In this document: in pieces, positions 1 to 9,126 of the stretch | Layout of the letters: each line of letters opens with the position of its first letter | Numbering within the stretch: position 1 is the first letter of the stretch | Assembly (NCBI GenBank): GCA_964507615.1 | Contig: CAZDPS010000002.1 | Coordinates: 392 to 64,391, forward strand | Direction of reading: 5' to 3' | DNA from: an uncultured Candidatus Saccharibacteria bacterium | GTDB lineage: Bacteria > Patescibacteriota > Minisyncoccia > Phycocordibacterales > DATDWN01 | Length of the DNA: 64,000 nt | The notes under the pieces: model-generated | What the model was told of the DNA's origin: nothing | The model's input: the letters and a program-made list of their open reading frames with translations, nothing else | Databases searched by the model: none | Position numbers and translations under genes: made by a program

Positions 1-111
1 CCAAAATTAACTTGACTTTAAAACTTATTTGTGCTATACTTATGGGTGGAAGGTTTGTTGATAGTGGCTATCCCAGTACACAAACAATCCTATTTGTCCG
101 GAGGACAAAAC

Positions 112-354
112 ATGAAGAATTCCTCACCATCCTGGGCTTCGGTGGCAATCGTTTCGTTGATCGCCTTCGTCCTCGGTCTGGCGTTCGTTCTCGCTCCGGG
201 GTCATACGAAGTTTGGATGACCTGGCCGGAGAAGCGCATCGTGGCGGTCTACGACAGCCACGGCAAGAAGGTCGACCCCACCACGGTCGACCTGAAGGAG
301 ATCAGGTATGACGTAGTCTGGGTGGGGGTGGACTATGATCTTCGGAACCGGTGA
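112..354 (+). CDS. small membrane-anchored hypothetical protein encoded in a GC-rich islet
   Basis: ATG at 112 lies 7 nt after GGAGGA and is in frame with track ORF 31..354. One hydrophobic helix (VAIVSLIAFVLGLAFVLA). G/C-rich third codon positions. The 60-nt line 181-240 counts 36/60 GC. Confidence 0.55.
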   Translation: MKNSSPSWASVAIVSLIAFVLGLAFVLAPGSYEVWMTWPEKRIVAVYDSHGKKVDPTTVDLKEIRYDVVWVGVDYDLRNR

Positions 355-372
355 AAACTTCCCGGTTCGACA

Positions 373-404
373 GGGCGGTGTGCGCAAGACGCACCCGCCC
401 TTTT
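373..404 (+). terminator. GC-rich hairpin plus T-run after the islet ORF
   Basis: GGGCGG(T)GTGCG - caaga - CGCACCCGCCC followed by TTTT. A second hairpin, GAACCGG/CCGGTTC (345-368), spans the stop codon. Confidence 0.6.
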
Positions 405-483
405 CCATTGTTAAAAAATCATTTTTTTGGTATTGTATCTGAGTCCCGCATCTTGAATATTTTATGGAATTAATAAGTCTTAG

Positions 484-517
484 TTTGCTTTGTGCGCGTG
501 TAGCTCAGTTGGTAGAG
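484..517 (+). pseudogene. orphan 5' fragment of the tRNA-Ile gene (leader + acceptor 5' strand + D-arm)
   Basis: 34 nt with 33/34 identity to 672..705. Identity stops after GTAGAG and no matching 3' half follows. Confidence 0.7.
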
Positions 518-644
518 TGAGGTTGGGAGAAGGGACCCAACCGCAAGACCGGAGCGCGACGGCGCGAGGTGGGGTCGAAGGATTTTTCAACAGAAAAATA
601 CCTGTGACCTCGACTGCCTCCTTACAGGAGCAGTACACCTTTTG

Positions 645-788
645 GATCTTTTTCAGAAGAATAAATATTAATTTGCTTCGTGCGCGTGTAGCTCAGTTGG
701 TAGAGCACTCGACTGATACTCGTGGGGTCCCAGGTTCAAATCCTGGCACGCGCACGAAGCGCGGTAATTTATTCTTCTGAAAAAGATC
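645..788. repeat. long inverted repeat enclosing tRNA-Ile
   Basis: GATCTTTTTCAGAAGAATAAAT (645-666) is the perfect reverse complement of 767-788. A further 7 bp (GCTTCGT / ACGAAGC) extends the acceptor stem directly. Confidence 0.8.
682..754 (+). tRNA. tRNA-Ile (anticodon GAU), CCA not encoded
   Basis: Manual cloverleaf: GCGCGTG/CACGCGC acceptor, GCTC/GAGC D-stem, anticodon loop CTGATAC, T-arm CCAGG-TTCAAAT-CCTGG. One mismatch in the anticodon stem. Confidence 0.85.
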
Positions 789-876
789 TCGAAAGGTCAC
801 GAATTAATTTTTAAATTCCCCGTGCTTTTATCAAAGAGAAAACATCCAAAAGATGCTTTTTTATTTTTCTAAAATA

Positions 877-1893
877 ATGAAAAAAACAAAAATAGTTGTA
901 ACGGTTGGTCCACATTCGGAAAGTGTAGAAATGCTTTCAAAACTTTTAAAATCAGGAATGAATATTATGCGTCTCAACTTCTCTCACGGTGATTTTGCTG
1001 AACACCAGATAAGAGTAGACAACCTAAGAAATGCTGAAAAAATTTCAAAAACAAAGACTCTTATTTTACAGGATCTAGGCGGACCAAAAATTCGTATAGG
1101 AAGTTTCAGTACGGATCATATTACTCTGATTCCTGGAGCCTCGTTTGTTTTAACTACAGAAAAAATAGAAGGTGATCAAAATAGGGTTTCAGTTAATTAT
1201 CCGCTTTTAACAAAAGAAGTTAAAAAGGGACACATAATTTTCTTAGATGATGGTCACAAAAAACTGAAAGTTAAAAAAATTCATGGCAATAATGTAGAGT
1301 GTGAAGTTCTTGTTGGTGGAGATATAAGGGGTAGAAGAGGGGTAAATCTACCAGATTCAGAGCTGTCTATAAAATCTATATCTGAAAAAGACATTCATGA
1401 TTTAGAGTTTGGAATTAAAAACAATGTTGATTATGTGGCATTATCCTTTGTCCGTCATTCAAGTGATATTATTGAGCTTAGAGAAATTCTAAAAAAGAAA
1501 AAGTCTAAAGCAAAAATAGTGGCCAAAATAGAGACTCCACAAGCCATAGAGCACATAGATGAAATTATAAAGACCTCGGACGCAATTATGGTTGCAAGAG
1601 GAGATTTGGCCATAGAAGTTCCCTTTGAGAAGGTACCTTTTTACCAAAAGATGATTATAAAGAAGTGTAATAAGGCAGGTAAATTTGTTATTACGGCTAC
1701 ACAAATGATGGAGTCAATGATAAAACACCCTGTTCCAACAAGAGCTGAAGTTTCCGACGTGGCCAATGCAGTACTTGATGGAACAGATGCTGTCATGCTT
1801 TCTGGGGAAACCACATTGGGTCATTATCCACTTGAGACCGTAGAAGCTATGTCCAAAATAGTTATTGAAACAGAGAAAAATATAAAAAAATAG
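877..1893 (+). CDS. pyk: pyruvate kinase, A+B domains only (about 338 aa, no C-terminal allosteric domain)
   Basis: [12 protein letters not shown]..., [22 protein letters not shown] and [15 protein letters not shown] motifs. The start is moved to the ATG at 877 in the track ORF frame. Confidence 0.85.
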   Translation: MKKTKIVVTVGPHSESVEMLSKLLKSGMNIMRLNFSHGDFAEHQIRVDNLRNAEKISKTKTLILQDLGGPKIRIGSFSTDHITLIPGASFVLTTEKIEGDQNRVSVNYPLLTKEVKKGHIIFLDDGHKKLKVKKIHGNNVECEVLVGGDIRGRRGVNLPDSELSIKSISEKDIHDLEFGIKNNVDYVALSFVRHSSDIIELREILKKKKSKAKIVAKIETPQAIEHIDEIIKTSDAIMVARGDLAIEVPFEKVPFYQKMIIKKCNKAGKFVITATQMMESMIKHPVPTRAEVSDVANAVLDGTDAVMLSGETTLGHYPLETVEAMSKIVIETEKNIKK

Positions 1894-2016
1894 CTAGATT
1901 TACTCCGTTAGATTTTTTAATTATGTTCCATATACATTTTACTGTGTTTTAAAAGTTAGATAATTTTTAACAAATTCTGAATTTGTTAAAACTCTAACGG
2001 GGTGTATAATGTCATC

Positions 2017-2310
2017 ATGATAAACCGTAAAAGTACATTTTTCTTGGGTATTTTTGTTTTCATAATTCCGTTTCTAGGTATACCAAGTTCTTGGAGGACA
2101 TTTTTTATAGTTGTTTCTGGGATTATTCTAATTATTTTGTCTGTTAAAATAACTTTACCAAAAAAGATTTCAAAGAGTCGAATTTCCAGAAGAGAAAAAG
2201 TTACTCCAGTTTTTGTTGAAAGTATGCCTTTGGCCAAAGATAGAATGGATGGTGTGATTCCTCCAGTTTCAAACAACGAATCAACAGAAGATTTGAGCGT
2301 TATAAAATAA
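2017..2310 (+). CDS. small two-TM membrane protein (hypothetical)
   Basis: Track ORF 2002..2310. First ATG at 2017. Hydrophobic N-terminal half. Confidence 0.5.
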   Translation: MINRKSTFFLGIFVFIIPFLGIPSSWRTFFIVVSGIILIILSVKITLPKKISKSRISRREKVTPVFVESMPLAKDRMDGVIPPVSNNESTEDLSVIK

Positions 2311-2311
2311 A

Positions 2312-3493
2312 ATGCTTCGCCCTTTTATCAAACACAAAAAAAAGACACTGGCCTGTCTTGTTTTAGTGTTTGCATTTTTGTTCCTATTTGTTTTACCAAA
2401 AACCATGAGTGTTCGTTATGTATCTTTAGCAAAAAATTATCCAACAAACAATTCTATTAGTACCACATCTATAGAGAAAATATTTGTCCCTTCCTATGTT
2501 ACTACACCAGAGCCGGTCAAAGGAATATATATGACTAGTTGGGTAGCCTCTAGCAAAAGTTTGAGAGATGGCCTGGTTAAACTGATAGACGAAACAGAAT
2601 TAAATACTCTTGTGATTGACGTAAAGGATTACAGTGGAAAAATAGTTTTTTTAATTAACAATAATCCAGAGTTGAAATCATTTGGATCAGAAGAAGTGAG
2701 GGTTAAGGATATGCAGGATTTTATCGAGTATTTACACAAAAAAGGAGTGTATGTTATCGCAAGAGTTGCTGTGTTTCAGGATCAATATTTTGTAAAACAT
2801 AGGCCGGATCTTGCAGTAAAAAATAGTGGGGGTACAGCGGTGTGGAAAGATAGAAAGGGTATATCGTGGGTAGATCCAGGATCACAAGAATATTGGGATT
2901 ATATAGTTTTGATTGCAAAAGAGAGCAGGAAAATTGGTTTTGATGAAGTTAATTTTGATTACATTCGTTTTCCATCTGATGGTGATATGAAGGATATATC
3001 ATATCCTTTTAGTTCTACTACACCAAAACATATTGTAATGAGAAATTTTTTTGAATATTTGCACAATAAACTTTCAGATTCTGATCTAAAAATTTCAGCT
3101 GACTTGTTCGGTATGGTTACTACTGCGCAGGACGATATGGGAATAGGTCAGCTTCTAGAAGATGCTTTTCCGTATTTTGATTACATAATGCCGATGGTTT
3201 ATCCATCTCATTACCCACCCACTTTTCAAGGTTTTAATAATCCAGAAGCTTATCCATATGAGATTGTTCATTTTGCCATGCAAGAAGCTGTAAATAGGGC
3301 AAATATGGCAAGTACTACACCAAACAAACTTCGTCCTTGGATTCAAGATTTTGGTTTGAAAATGACCTATGGTTCAAACGAAGTTAAGGCACAAATAAAA
3401 GCAACAAATGATGTCGGTTTGACTTCGTGGGTATTGTGGTCACCATCGAACAGATATACTCGCGGTGCTTTTTTACAGAACTCTCAAAATTAG
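2312..3493 (+). CDS. putative TIM-barrel glycoside-hydrolase-like protein (COG1306/GHL-type), N-terminal signal anchor
   Basis: 393-aa ORF. VKGIYMTSW...LNTLVIDVKD...DEVNFDYIRFP pattern recalled from GHL/DUF4015-type proteins. Confidence 0.5.
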   Translation: MLRPFIKHKKKTLACLVLVFAFLFLFVLPKTMSVRYVSLAKNYPTNNSISTTSIEKIFVPSYVTTPEPVKGIYMTSWVASSKSLRDGLVKLIDETELNTLVIDVKDYSGKIVFLINNNPELKSFGSEEVRVKDMQDFIEYLHKKGVYVIARVAVFQDQYFVKHRPDLAVKNSGGTAVWKDRKGISWVDPGSQEYWDYIVLIAKESRKIGFDEVNFDYIRFPSDGDMKDISYPFSSTTPKHIVMRNFFEYLHNKLSDSDLKISADLFGMVTTAQDDMGIGQLLEDAFPYFDYIMPMVYPSHYPPTFQGFNNPEAYPYEIVHFAMQEAVNRANMASTTPNKLRPWIQDFGLKMTYGSNEVKAQIKATNDVGLTSWVLWSPSNRYTRGAFLQNSQN

Positions 3494-3502
3494 ACCATTT
3501 TG

Positions 3503-3652
3503 TGTTATAATGTACTCAATATGGATGGGGTAGTAGAAAATGATATTAGATAAATCCATTATGTAAAAACTATGAAAAGGTCGTTATTATTTAGCTTTAA
3601 TTTTAAAATGACGATACGTTCGTAGAACGATAGCATTTTTCACTACCCCATG
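3503..3652 (+). promoter_or_regulatory. extended -10 promoter plus structured leader with a 10-codon uORF upstream of the VirD4-like gene
   Basis: TGtTATAAT at 3503-3511. uORF ATG 3521..TAA 3553 (MDGVVENDIR). 3526-3542 can pair with 3634-3650 (9+6 bp), which includes the first base of the main ATG (3650). Confidence 0.35.
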
Positions 3653-5314
3653 GATCCAGAAAAAGTAACATACTTTGCTGAAACAGACGCTCGTAATAAA
3701 AAGGTAAAATTTGGTATTAAAGCCAAAGATCGTACTAAACATATGTATGTTATTGGTAAAACTGGTATGGGTAAGTCTGTGCTTTTGGAAAATCTCGCAA
3801 TTCAAGATATTCAAAATGGTGAGGGCATTGCCTTTATAGATCCTCACGGTGGAACTGCGGAAAAATTATTGGATTATGTTCCTGAACATAGAATAAAAGA
3901 CGTCTTGTATTTTGCGCCATTTGATTTGGAGTACCCTATATCATTTAATGTTTTGGAAGATATTGGAGTAGACAAGAGGCATCTTGTTGTTAACGGTCTC
4001 ATGTCCACGTTTGAAAAAATATGGGTAGATGCTTGGTCTGCTCGTATGGCTTATATTTTAAATAACACACTACTTGCTTTGTTGGAGTATCCAGGAGCAA
4101 CTCTTTTAGGTGTAAACAGAATGTTGTCAGATAAGGAATATAGGAAAAAAGTAGTTGATAATGTAAAAGATCCATCAGTAAAAGCTTTTTGGATAGAAGA
4201 GTTTGGAAAATATACAGAAAAGTTTGCGGCAGAGGCGACTCCAGCTATTCAAAACAAAGTTGGTCAGTTTACATCAAATCCTCTAGTAAGAAATCTAATA
4301 GGGCAACCAGAATCTTCTTTTGATATAAGAAAATTTATGGATGAGAAAAAAATTCTCATTATAAACATGTCAAAGGGTTTGGTTGGAGAGGGCAACGCTA
4401 ACCTGTTGGGTTCAATGCTTATCACTAAAATATATCTGGCTGCTATGTCACGGGCAGATAAGAGTGAATCAGAGTTAGCAAAGTTACCCAATTTTTATTT
4501 ATACGTTGATGAATTTCAGTCTTTTGCCAATAAATCGTTTGCCGATATTTTGTCTGAAGCTAGAAAGTATAAACTAAATCTCACAATTGCTCATCAATAT
4601 GTTGAGCAAATGGAAGAAGAAGTAAGAAATGCTGTTTTTGGAAACGCTGGTACGATGATAACTTTCAGGGTTGGTGCTTTTGACTCTGAGGTTTTGGAAA
4701 AAGAGTTTGCTCCTACTTTTATGGCAACCGATCTGGTTAACCTTGGTAAGTTTCAGATTTATTTGAAACTGATGATTGACGGTGTGTCGTCTCAACCTTT
4801 TTCAGCTACCACCTTACCACCAATATCTCGTCCGGATATAAGTTTTAAAGATGAGGTAATAAAAAGTTCTCGCGAACAGTTTGGAAGACCTCGGGCAGTA
4901 GTGGAAAAAAATATCATAGATTGGCATGACTCGGGAACGGTGAGAGAAGTAAAAACTCATTTTCCGACTGAAAAACAGGAAAAACCAAAAGAACAACCAA
5001 GACAGAATGTTGTACAACAAGAAGATAAGCCAAAAGTAGATGAGAATAAACAAGCTTTTATCAGAGCTAAAGAAGAATTGTTGCAGAAAGAAAAAAATTC
5101 TCAGCATTTAGGCAAGCGTGATTTTGATAATAAAAAACCAAGTGTTGAAAACAAGAATAGTTTGAAAGATGCTTTGGCTAGTGTAATAAAACAGACCAAT
5201 TCTTCTGGTGAAAAAATAAAAAAACATGAACATTCTGAAAGTAAAGTTGAACACAAAAAAGAGACAAAAGACAATGAGATACCTGAGGATGTACTGAGAG
5301 ATTTATTGAAGTAA
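3650..5314 (+). CDS. type IV secretion coupling-protein-like P-loop ATPase (VirD4/TraD/DUF87 type) with Lys/Glu-rich C-terminal tail
   Basis: Walker A GKTGMGKS. Walker B-like FYLYVDEFQSF. LTIAHQY motif. Low-complexity KE-rich last ~130 aa. Confidence 0.7.
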   Translation: MDPEKVTYFAETDARNKKVKFGIKAKDRTKHMYVIGKTGMGKSVLLENLAIQDIQNGEGIAFIDPHGGTAEKLLDYVPEHRIKDVLYFAPFDLEYPISFNVLEDIGVDKRHLVVNGLMSTFEKIWVDAWSARMAYILNNTLLALLEYPGATLLGVNRMLSDKEYRKKVVDNVKDPSVKAFWIEEFGKYTEKFAAEATPAIQNKVGQFTSNPLVRNLIGQPESSFDIRKFMDEKKILIINMSKGLVGEGNANLLGSMLITKIYLAAMSRADKSESELAKLPNFYLYVDEFQSFANKSFADILSEARKYKLNLTIAHQYVEQMEEEVRNAVFGNAGTMITFRVGAFDSEVLEKEFAPTFMATDLVNLGKFQIYLKLMIDGVSSQPFSATTLPPISRPDISFKDEVIKSSREQFGRPRAVVEKNIIDWHDSGTVREVKTHFPTEKQEKPKEQPRQNVVQQEDKPKVDENKQAFIRAKEELLQKEKNSQHLGKRDFDNKKPSVENKNSLKDALASVIKQTNSSGEKIKKHEHSESKVEHKKETKDNEIPEDVLRDLLK

Positions 5315-5320
5315 TGGAAA

Positions 5321-6505
5321 ATGACAAATAACTTGCCAAACAAAAGAAAGAAAAGAATTCTTGTATTATCTACCGCCTACTATCCTTTTGTGGGTGGAGC
5401 TGAAGTTGCTGTTAAGGAAATAACAGATAGATTGTGTGAGGATTTTGAATTCGATTTAATAACAGCAAAACTAAAGAAAGATTTACCAAAAAAGGAAAAG
5501 ATCGGACACGTAAATGTTTATAGGATTGGATTTGGTTTTCCAATGATAGACAAAATTCTTTTACCATTAAGAGGTGCTTTTTTGATTTACAAATTAAACA
5601 AAAAGTACAGTTATTATTGTTTATGGGGCATAATGGTTACTTTTGGTAGTATAGCGGGCTATACGTTTAATTTTTTTAGGAGTTTGAGTTTTAAAAAAAG
5701 AATACCTATCATACTAACGTTACAAGAGGGTGATTCTGAAAACCATTTACAATATAAATGGGGTGGGCTAATCGCATTATTTTGGAAACTTACTTTATGG
5801 AATACTGATTTTTTAACTGCCATAAGTAATTTTTTATTAAATAGAGCTAAAAAAAATGGTTATAGGGGAAATTATGCTCTTGTACCCAACGGTGTTGATA
5901 TCTCGGTTTTTTCTAAAGAAGTAGATCAAAAAGAGAGAGAAGAATTAAAAGATAAATTGAATAAAAAACCAGAAAATATTTTTCTTGTAACTAGTGGTAG
6001 GTTGACTTATAAAAATGGAGTAGATGATGTCATTTCCGCATTAGTTAATCTACCAAAAAACATTATTTTTTTAGTAATAGGTAAAGGAGAAGATGGTCAT
6101 AAGTTACAAAAACAAGCTAGAGATTTAGGGGTGGCTGATAGAGTAAAATTTATTGGCTTCTTACCTCACAGCGATATTCAAAAATATTTTTCTGTAAGTG
6201 ATATTTTTATAAGGTCATCACGTTCAGAGGGTTTTGGTAATTCATTTATTGAAGCTATGGCTGCAAAGTTGCCTGTAATAGCCACACCTGTTGGAGGTAT
6301 TGTGGATTTTATAGATGATAGAAATACAGGTATATTTTGTTCACCAGATTGTCCACAAAGTATTGTCAAAGCTGTGCATTTGTTATTGGATGATAAAAAT
6401 CTTAAAGATAGGATAATATTAAATGCCTACAATAGGGTAGAAGAAAGGTATGAATGGAGTAATGTGGCCCATGAAATGAAAGAGGTTTTTAACAAAATAA
6501 AATGA
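5321..6505 (+). CDS. glycosyltransferase, GT4 family
   Basis: SSRSEGFGNSFIEAMAAKLPVIATPVGG (E-x7-E region). Confidence 0.8.
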   Translation: MTNNLPNKRKKRILVLSTAYYPFVGGAEVAVKEITDRLCEDFEFDLITAKLKKDLPKKEKIGHVNVYRIGFGFPMIDKILLPLRGAFLIYKLNKKYSYYCLWGIMVTFGSIAGYTFNFFRSLSFKKRIPIILTLQEGDSENHLQYKWGGLIALFWKLTLWNTDFLTAISNFLLNRAKKNGYRGNYALVPNGVDISVFSKEVDQKEREELKDKLNKKPENIFLVTSGRLTYKNGVDDVISALVNLPKNIIFLVIGKGEDGHKLQKQARDLGVADRVKFIGFLPHSDIQKYFSVSDIFIRSSRSEGFGNSFIEAMAAKLPVIATPVGGIVDFIDDRNTGIFCSPDCPQSIVKAVHLLLDDKNLKDRIILNAYNRVEERYEWSNVAHEMKEVFNKIK

Positions 6506-7554
6506 CTACTCAAAAACACATTCTAATATCTACTGGTATATATCCACCAAGAATAGGTGGTCCGGCACAATATGCTAAAAATTTAAAAAATACCCTTGAA
6601 AGAATGAATTATAATGTAGTCGTCAGAACTTTTTCTATTGAGAATTATTTACCAAGCGGTTTGAGACATTTGTTTTTTCTCATAAAAATAATTCCACAAG
6701 TTATAAAGAGTGATGCTGTGTTTGCCCTGGATACTTTTTCTACCGGATTGCCGACAGTTTTTGCGTGTAAGTTGTTTGGCAGAGAATCTATCATAAGGAC
6801 AGGAGGGGATTTTTTGTGGGAACAGTACATAGAGAGAACAGGTAAAAAAGTCTTGCTTAGTAAGTTTTATCAAACAGAGATTCTCGCATTTTCACTAAAG
6901 GATAGGGTGATTTTCCGTTTGACGAAATGGGTACTTAAAAATACTTCAATGGTGATTTTTTCAACTGAGTGGCAGAGAGATATTTTTATAAAGGAATATG
7001 GTCTGGATAAAAGCAAGACTTCTATCGTTGAAAACTATTATGGTCCAAAAGACCAATCTGGTTTATTCACGGGAAATTTGACAGGAGAAAGTTTAGAGAC
7101 ATCCCCTAAGATTTTTGTTGCTTCTTCAAGGGAACTTGTTCTAAAAAACACTGATTTATTAAAAAAAATATTCAATAAAATAAAAAAACAACATAACGAA
7201 GTCGTTTTATTTACTGAGAATTTGCAGTTTACTGATTTTATGCACAAGATAAAAGATTCTTATGCTGTAATCCAAATTTCTCTAGGTGACATAAGTCCAA
7301 ACCTTATATTAGATGCGATACGTTTCAATAAACCCTTTATTTGTACTAAAGAAGTTGGAATTTTTGAAAGAATAAAAGATGCTGGTTTATTCGTTGACCC
7401 ATTGAATGAAAAGGAAATAGAACAAGCTGTTTTGAGTTTGCTGAACAAAGAAGAATATGAAAAAGCTTTGGAGAAAGTAAAAAATTTTTCGTTTTTACAT
7501 ACCTGGGAAAACATAGCAGATGAATTTATAAAAGTTTCTAATTCTTTAAAATAA
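6502..7554 (+). CDS. glycosyltransferase, GT-B fold (GT4-like)
   Basis: N-terminal GIYPPRIGGPAQY motif. 4-nt overlap with the upstream GT. Cluster context. Confidence 0.6.
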   Translation: MTTQKHILISTGIYPPRIGGPAQYAKNLKNTLERMNYNVVVRTFSIENYLPSGLRHLFFLIKIIPQVIKSDAVFALDTFSTGLPTVFACKLFGRESIIRTGGDFLWEQYIERTGKKVLLSKFYQTEILAFSLKDRVIFRLTKWVLKNTSMVIFSTEWQRDIFIKEYGLDKSKTSIVENYYGPKDQSGLFTGNLTGESLETSPKIFVASSRELVLKNTDLLKKIFNKIKKQHNEVVLFTENLQFTDFMHKIKDSYAVIQISLGDISPNLILDAIRFNKPFICTKEVGIFERIKDAGLFVDPLNEKEIEQAVLSLLNKEEYEKALEKVKNFSFLHTWENIADEFIKVSNSLK

Positions 7555-7555
7555 T

Positions 7556-8707
7556 ATGAAAGTATTATCTATTGGTACAGATCGCAAATTATTTGAAGAA
7601 AATAGTGCCGTTTTAGAGAGAAATATTGAATATGCATCTAGAATGGAGGAGCTTCACATAATAGTTTTTTCGCTTAAAAAACACCAACTTGAATCCAAGA
7701 AAATTGGGAATCTTTATATTTACCCAACCAATTCTTTATCTCGTCTTCATTACGTTTTTGATGCTGTGAAAATCGGCAAAGGACTTATTGAAAATTGGAA
7801 ACTTAGAAATGAAAATTTAAGAGATACAGTCCTGTCTTGCCAAGATCCATTTGAAACTGGTCTGGTCGGGTATTTATTGGTTAGAAAAAACAAAATACCT
7901 CTACAACTGCAATTACATACAGATTTTCTTTCTCCAAACTTTAAAAATTCTTTTTTAAATATGGTTCGAGTCATAATTGCTAGGTTTCTGATACCTCGTG
8001 CAGATGGATTACGTGTTGTAAATGAATCAATAAAAACCTCAATTAAAAAAAATTTTACAAGTCTCAAATCTATTCCAGAGGTTCTGCCAATTTTTGTAGA
8101 TATTGAAAAAATAATGAATACAAATTCAGCGATAAATACAGGAGATCGCTTTTCTCATTTTACATTTATCATACTGGTGGCCAGTAGATTGGCTAAAGAG
8201 AAGAGAATAGACATAGCCATAAGGGTTTTAAAAAAAGTTATAGAAAAATATCCAAAAACAGGTCTTGTTATAGCTGGAGATGGAGACGAGAAACATCATT
8301 TAAAGAACTTAGTAAAAAAATTAAAATTGAAAAATAATGTAGTTTTTGTTGGTTGGCAAACAGACTTGGTGCCATATTACAAAGTTGCAGACACTTTTTT
8401 ATTGACCTCTGAATATGAGGGTTATGGTATGTCTCTTATAGAGGCTGGGGCAAGTGGTTGCCCAATAGTTACGACTAAAGTTGGTATTGCCAACACTGAT
8501 TTATTTAGAAACGGTGAAAATTCTTTTGTGTGTGGAACAGGTGACGAAAAATGTATTTTAGACTCTATATTAAAGATGATTAGAGACAATTCAAAGCGAG
8601 AGTTGTTTAAACGGGAGATGCAGGTTAGTATTAAAAATGTGGTTATTAAGAAACAAGAATACGTTGATAAGTATGTGAATTTGCTTGAAAATTTGACCAA
8701 AATATAA
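7556..8707 (+). CDS. glycosyltransferase, GT4 family
   Basis: TSEYEGYGMSLIEAGASGCPIVTT motif. Confidence 0.8.
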   Translation: MKVLSIGTDRKLFEENSAVLERNIEYASRMEELHIIVFSLKKHQLESKKIGNLYIYPTNSLSRLHYVFDAVKIGKGLIENWKLRNENLRDTVLSCQDPFETGLVGYLLVRKNKIPLQLQLHTDFLSPNFKNSFLNMVRVIIARFLIPRADGLRVVNESIKTSIKKNFTSLKSIPEVLPIFVDIEKIMNTNSAINTGDRFSHFTFIILVASRLAKEKRIDIAIRVLKKVIEKYPKTGLVIAGDGDEKHHLKNLVKKLKLKNNVVFVGWQTDLVPYYKVADTFLLTSEYEGYGMSLIEAGASGCPIVTTKVGIANTDLFRNGENSFVCGTGDEKCILDSILKMIRDNSKRELFKREMQVSIKNVVIKKQEYVDKYVNLLENLTKI

Positions 8708-8709
8708 AT

Positions 8710-9126
8710 ATGATAGAAAAGATTACTCAATATACAATTATTAGGTATTTGGTAGGTGGAGGTACTAGTGCTGTTGTAAATCTTACAGTTTTTTATTTGT
8801 TGAATTCTGTAATTAAGGTTCATTATATAACATCATCAGTAATTGCTTTTGTAGTAGCTTTTTTTGTTAGTTTGACTTTTCATAAATTTTGGACATTTCG
8901 AGATCATTCCACGGAGAATATGCACATTCAAGGTTTCTATTATCTATTAAGTTCTATCTTTGGTTTAGGTTTAAACACTTTAATACTTTATATTTGTGTA
9001 GACTATTTCGGTTTGCTTCCACTGCTGGGACAAATAATTGCAGGAGGACTAACTGCATGTTGCACGTTTTTCATTTCCAAATATCTTATTTTTAAAAGAA
9101 CAGATAGTCCATTTATATCTCAATGA
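8710..9126 (+). CDS. GtrA-family membrane protein (polyprenyl-phosphate-sugar translocation)
   Basis: 138 aa, 4 TM. RYLVGGGTSAVVNLTVFYLL and FHKFWTFRD are typical GtrA-like signatures. Confidence 0.75.
   Translation: MIEKITQYTIIRYLVGGGTSAVVNLTVFYLLNSVIKVHYITSSVIAFVVAFFVSLTFHKFWTFRDHSTENMHIQGFYYLLSSIFGLGLNTLILYICVDYFGLLPLLGQIIAGGLTACCTFFISKYLIFKRTDSPFISQ

Noticed and set aside
490-780. Track ORF 490..780 (96 aa) and ORFs 12..311, 202..408
   Set aside because: ORF 490..780 reads straight through the tRNA-Ile gene and its fragment. The other two are alternative-frame or antisense shadows of the GC-rich ORF 112..354 and lack start context.
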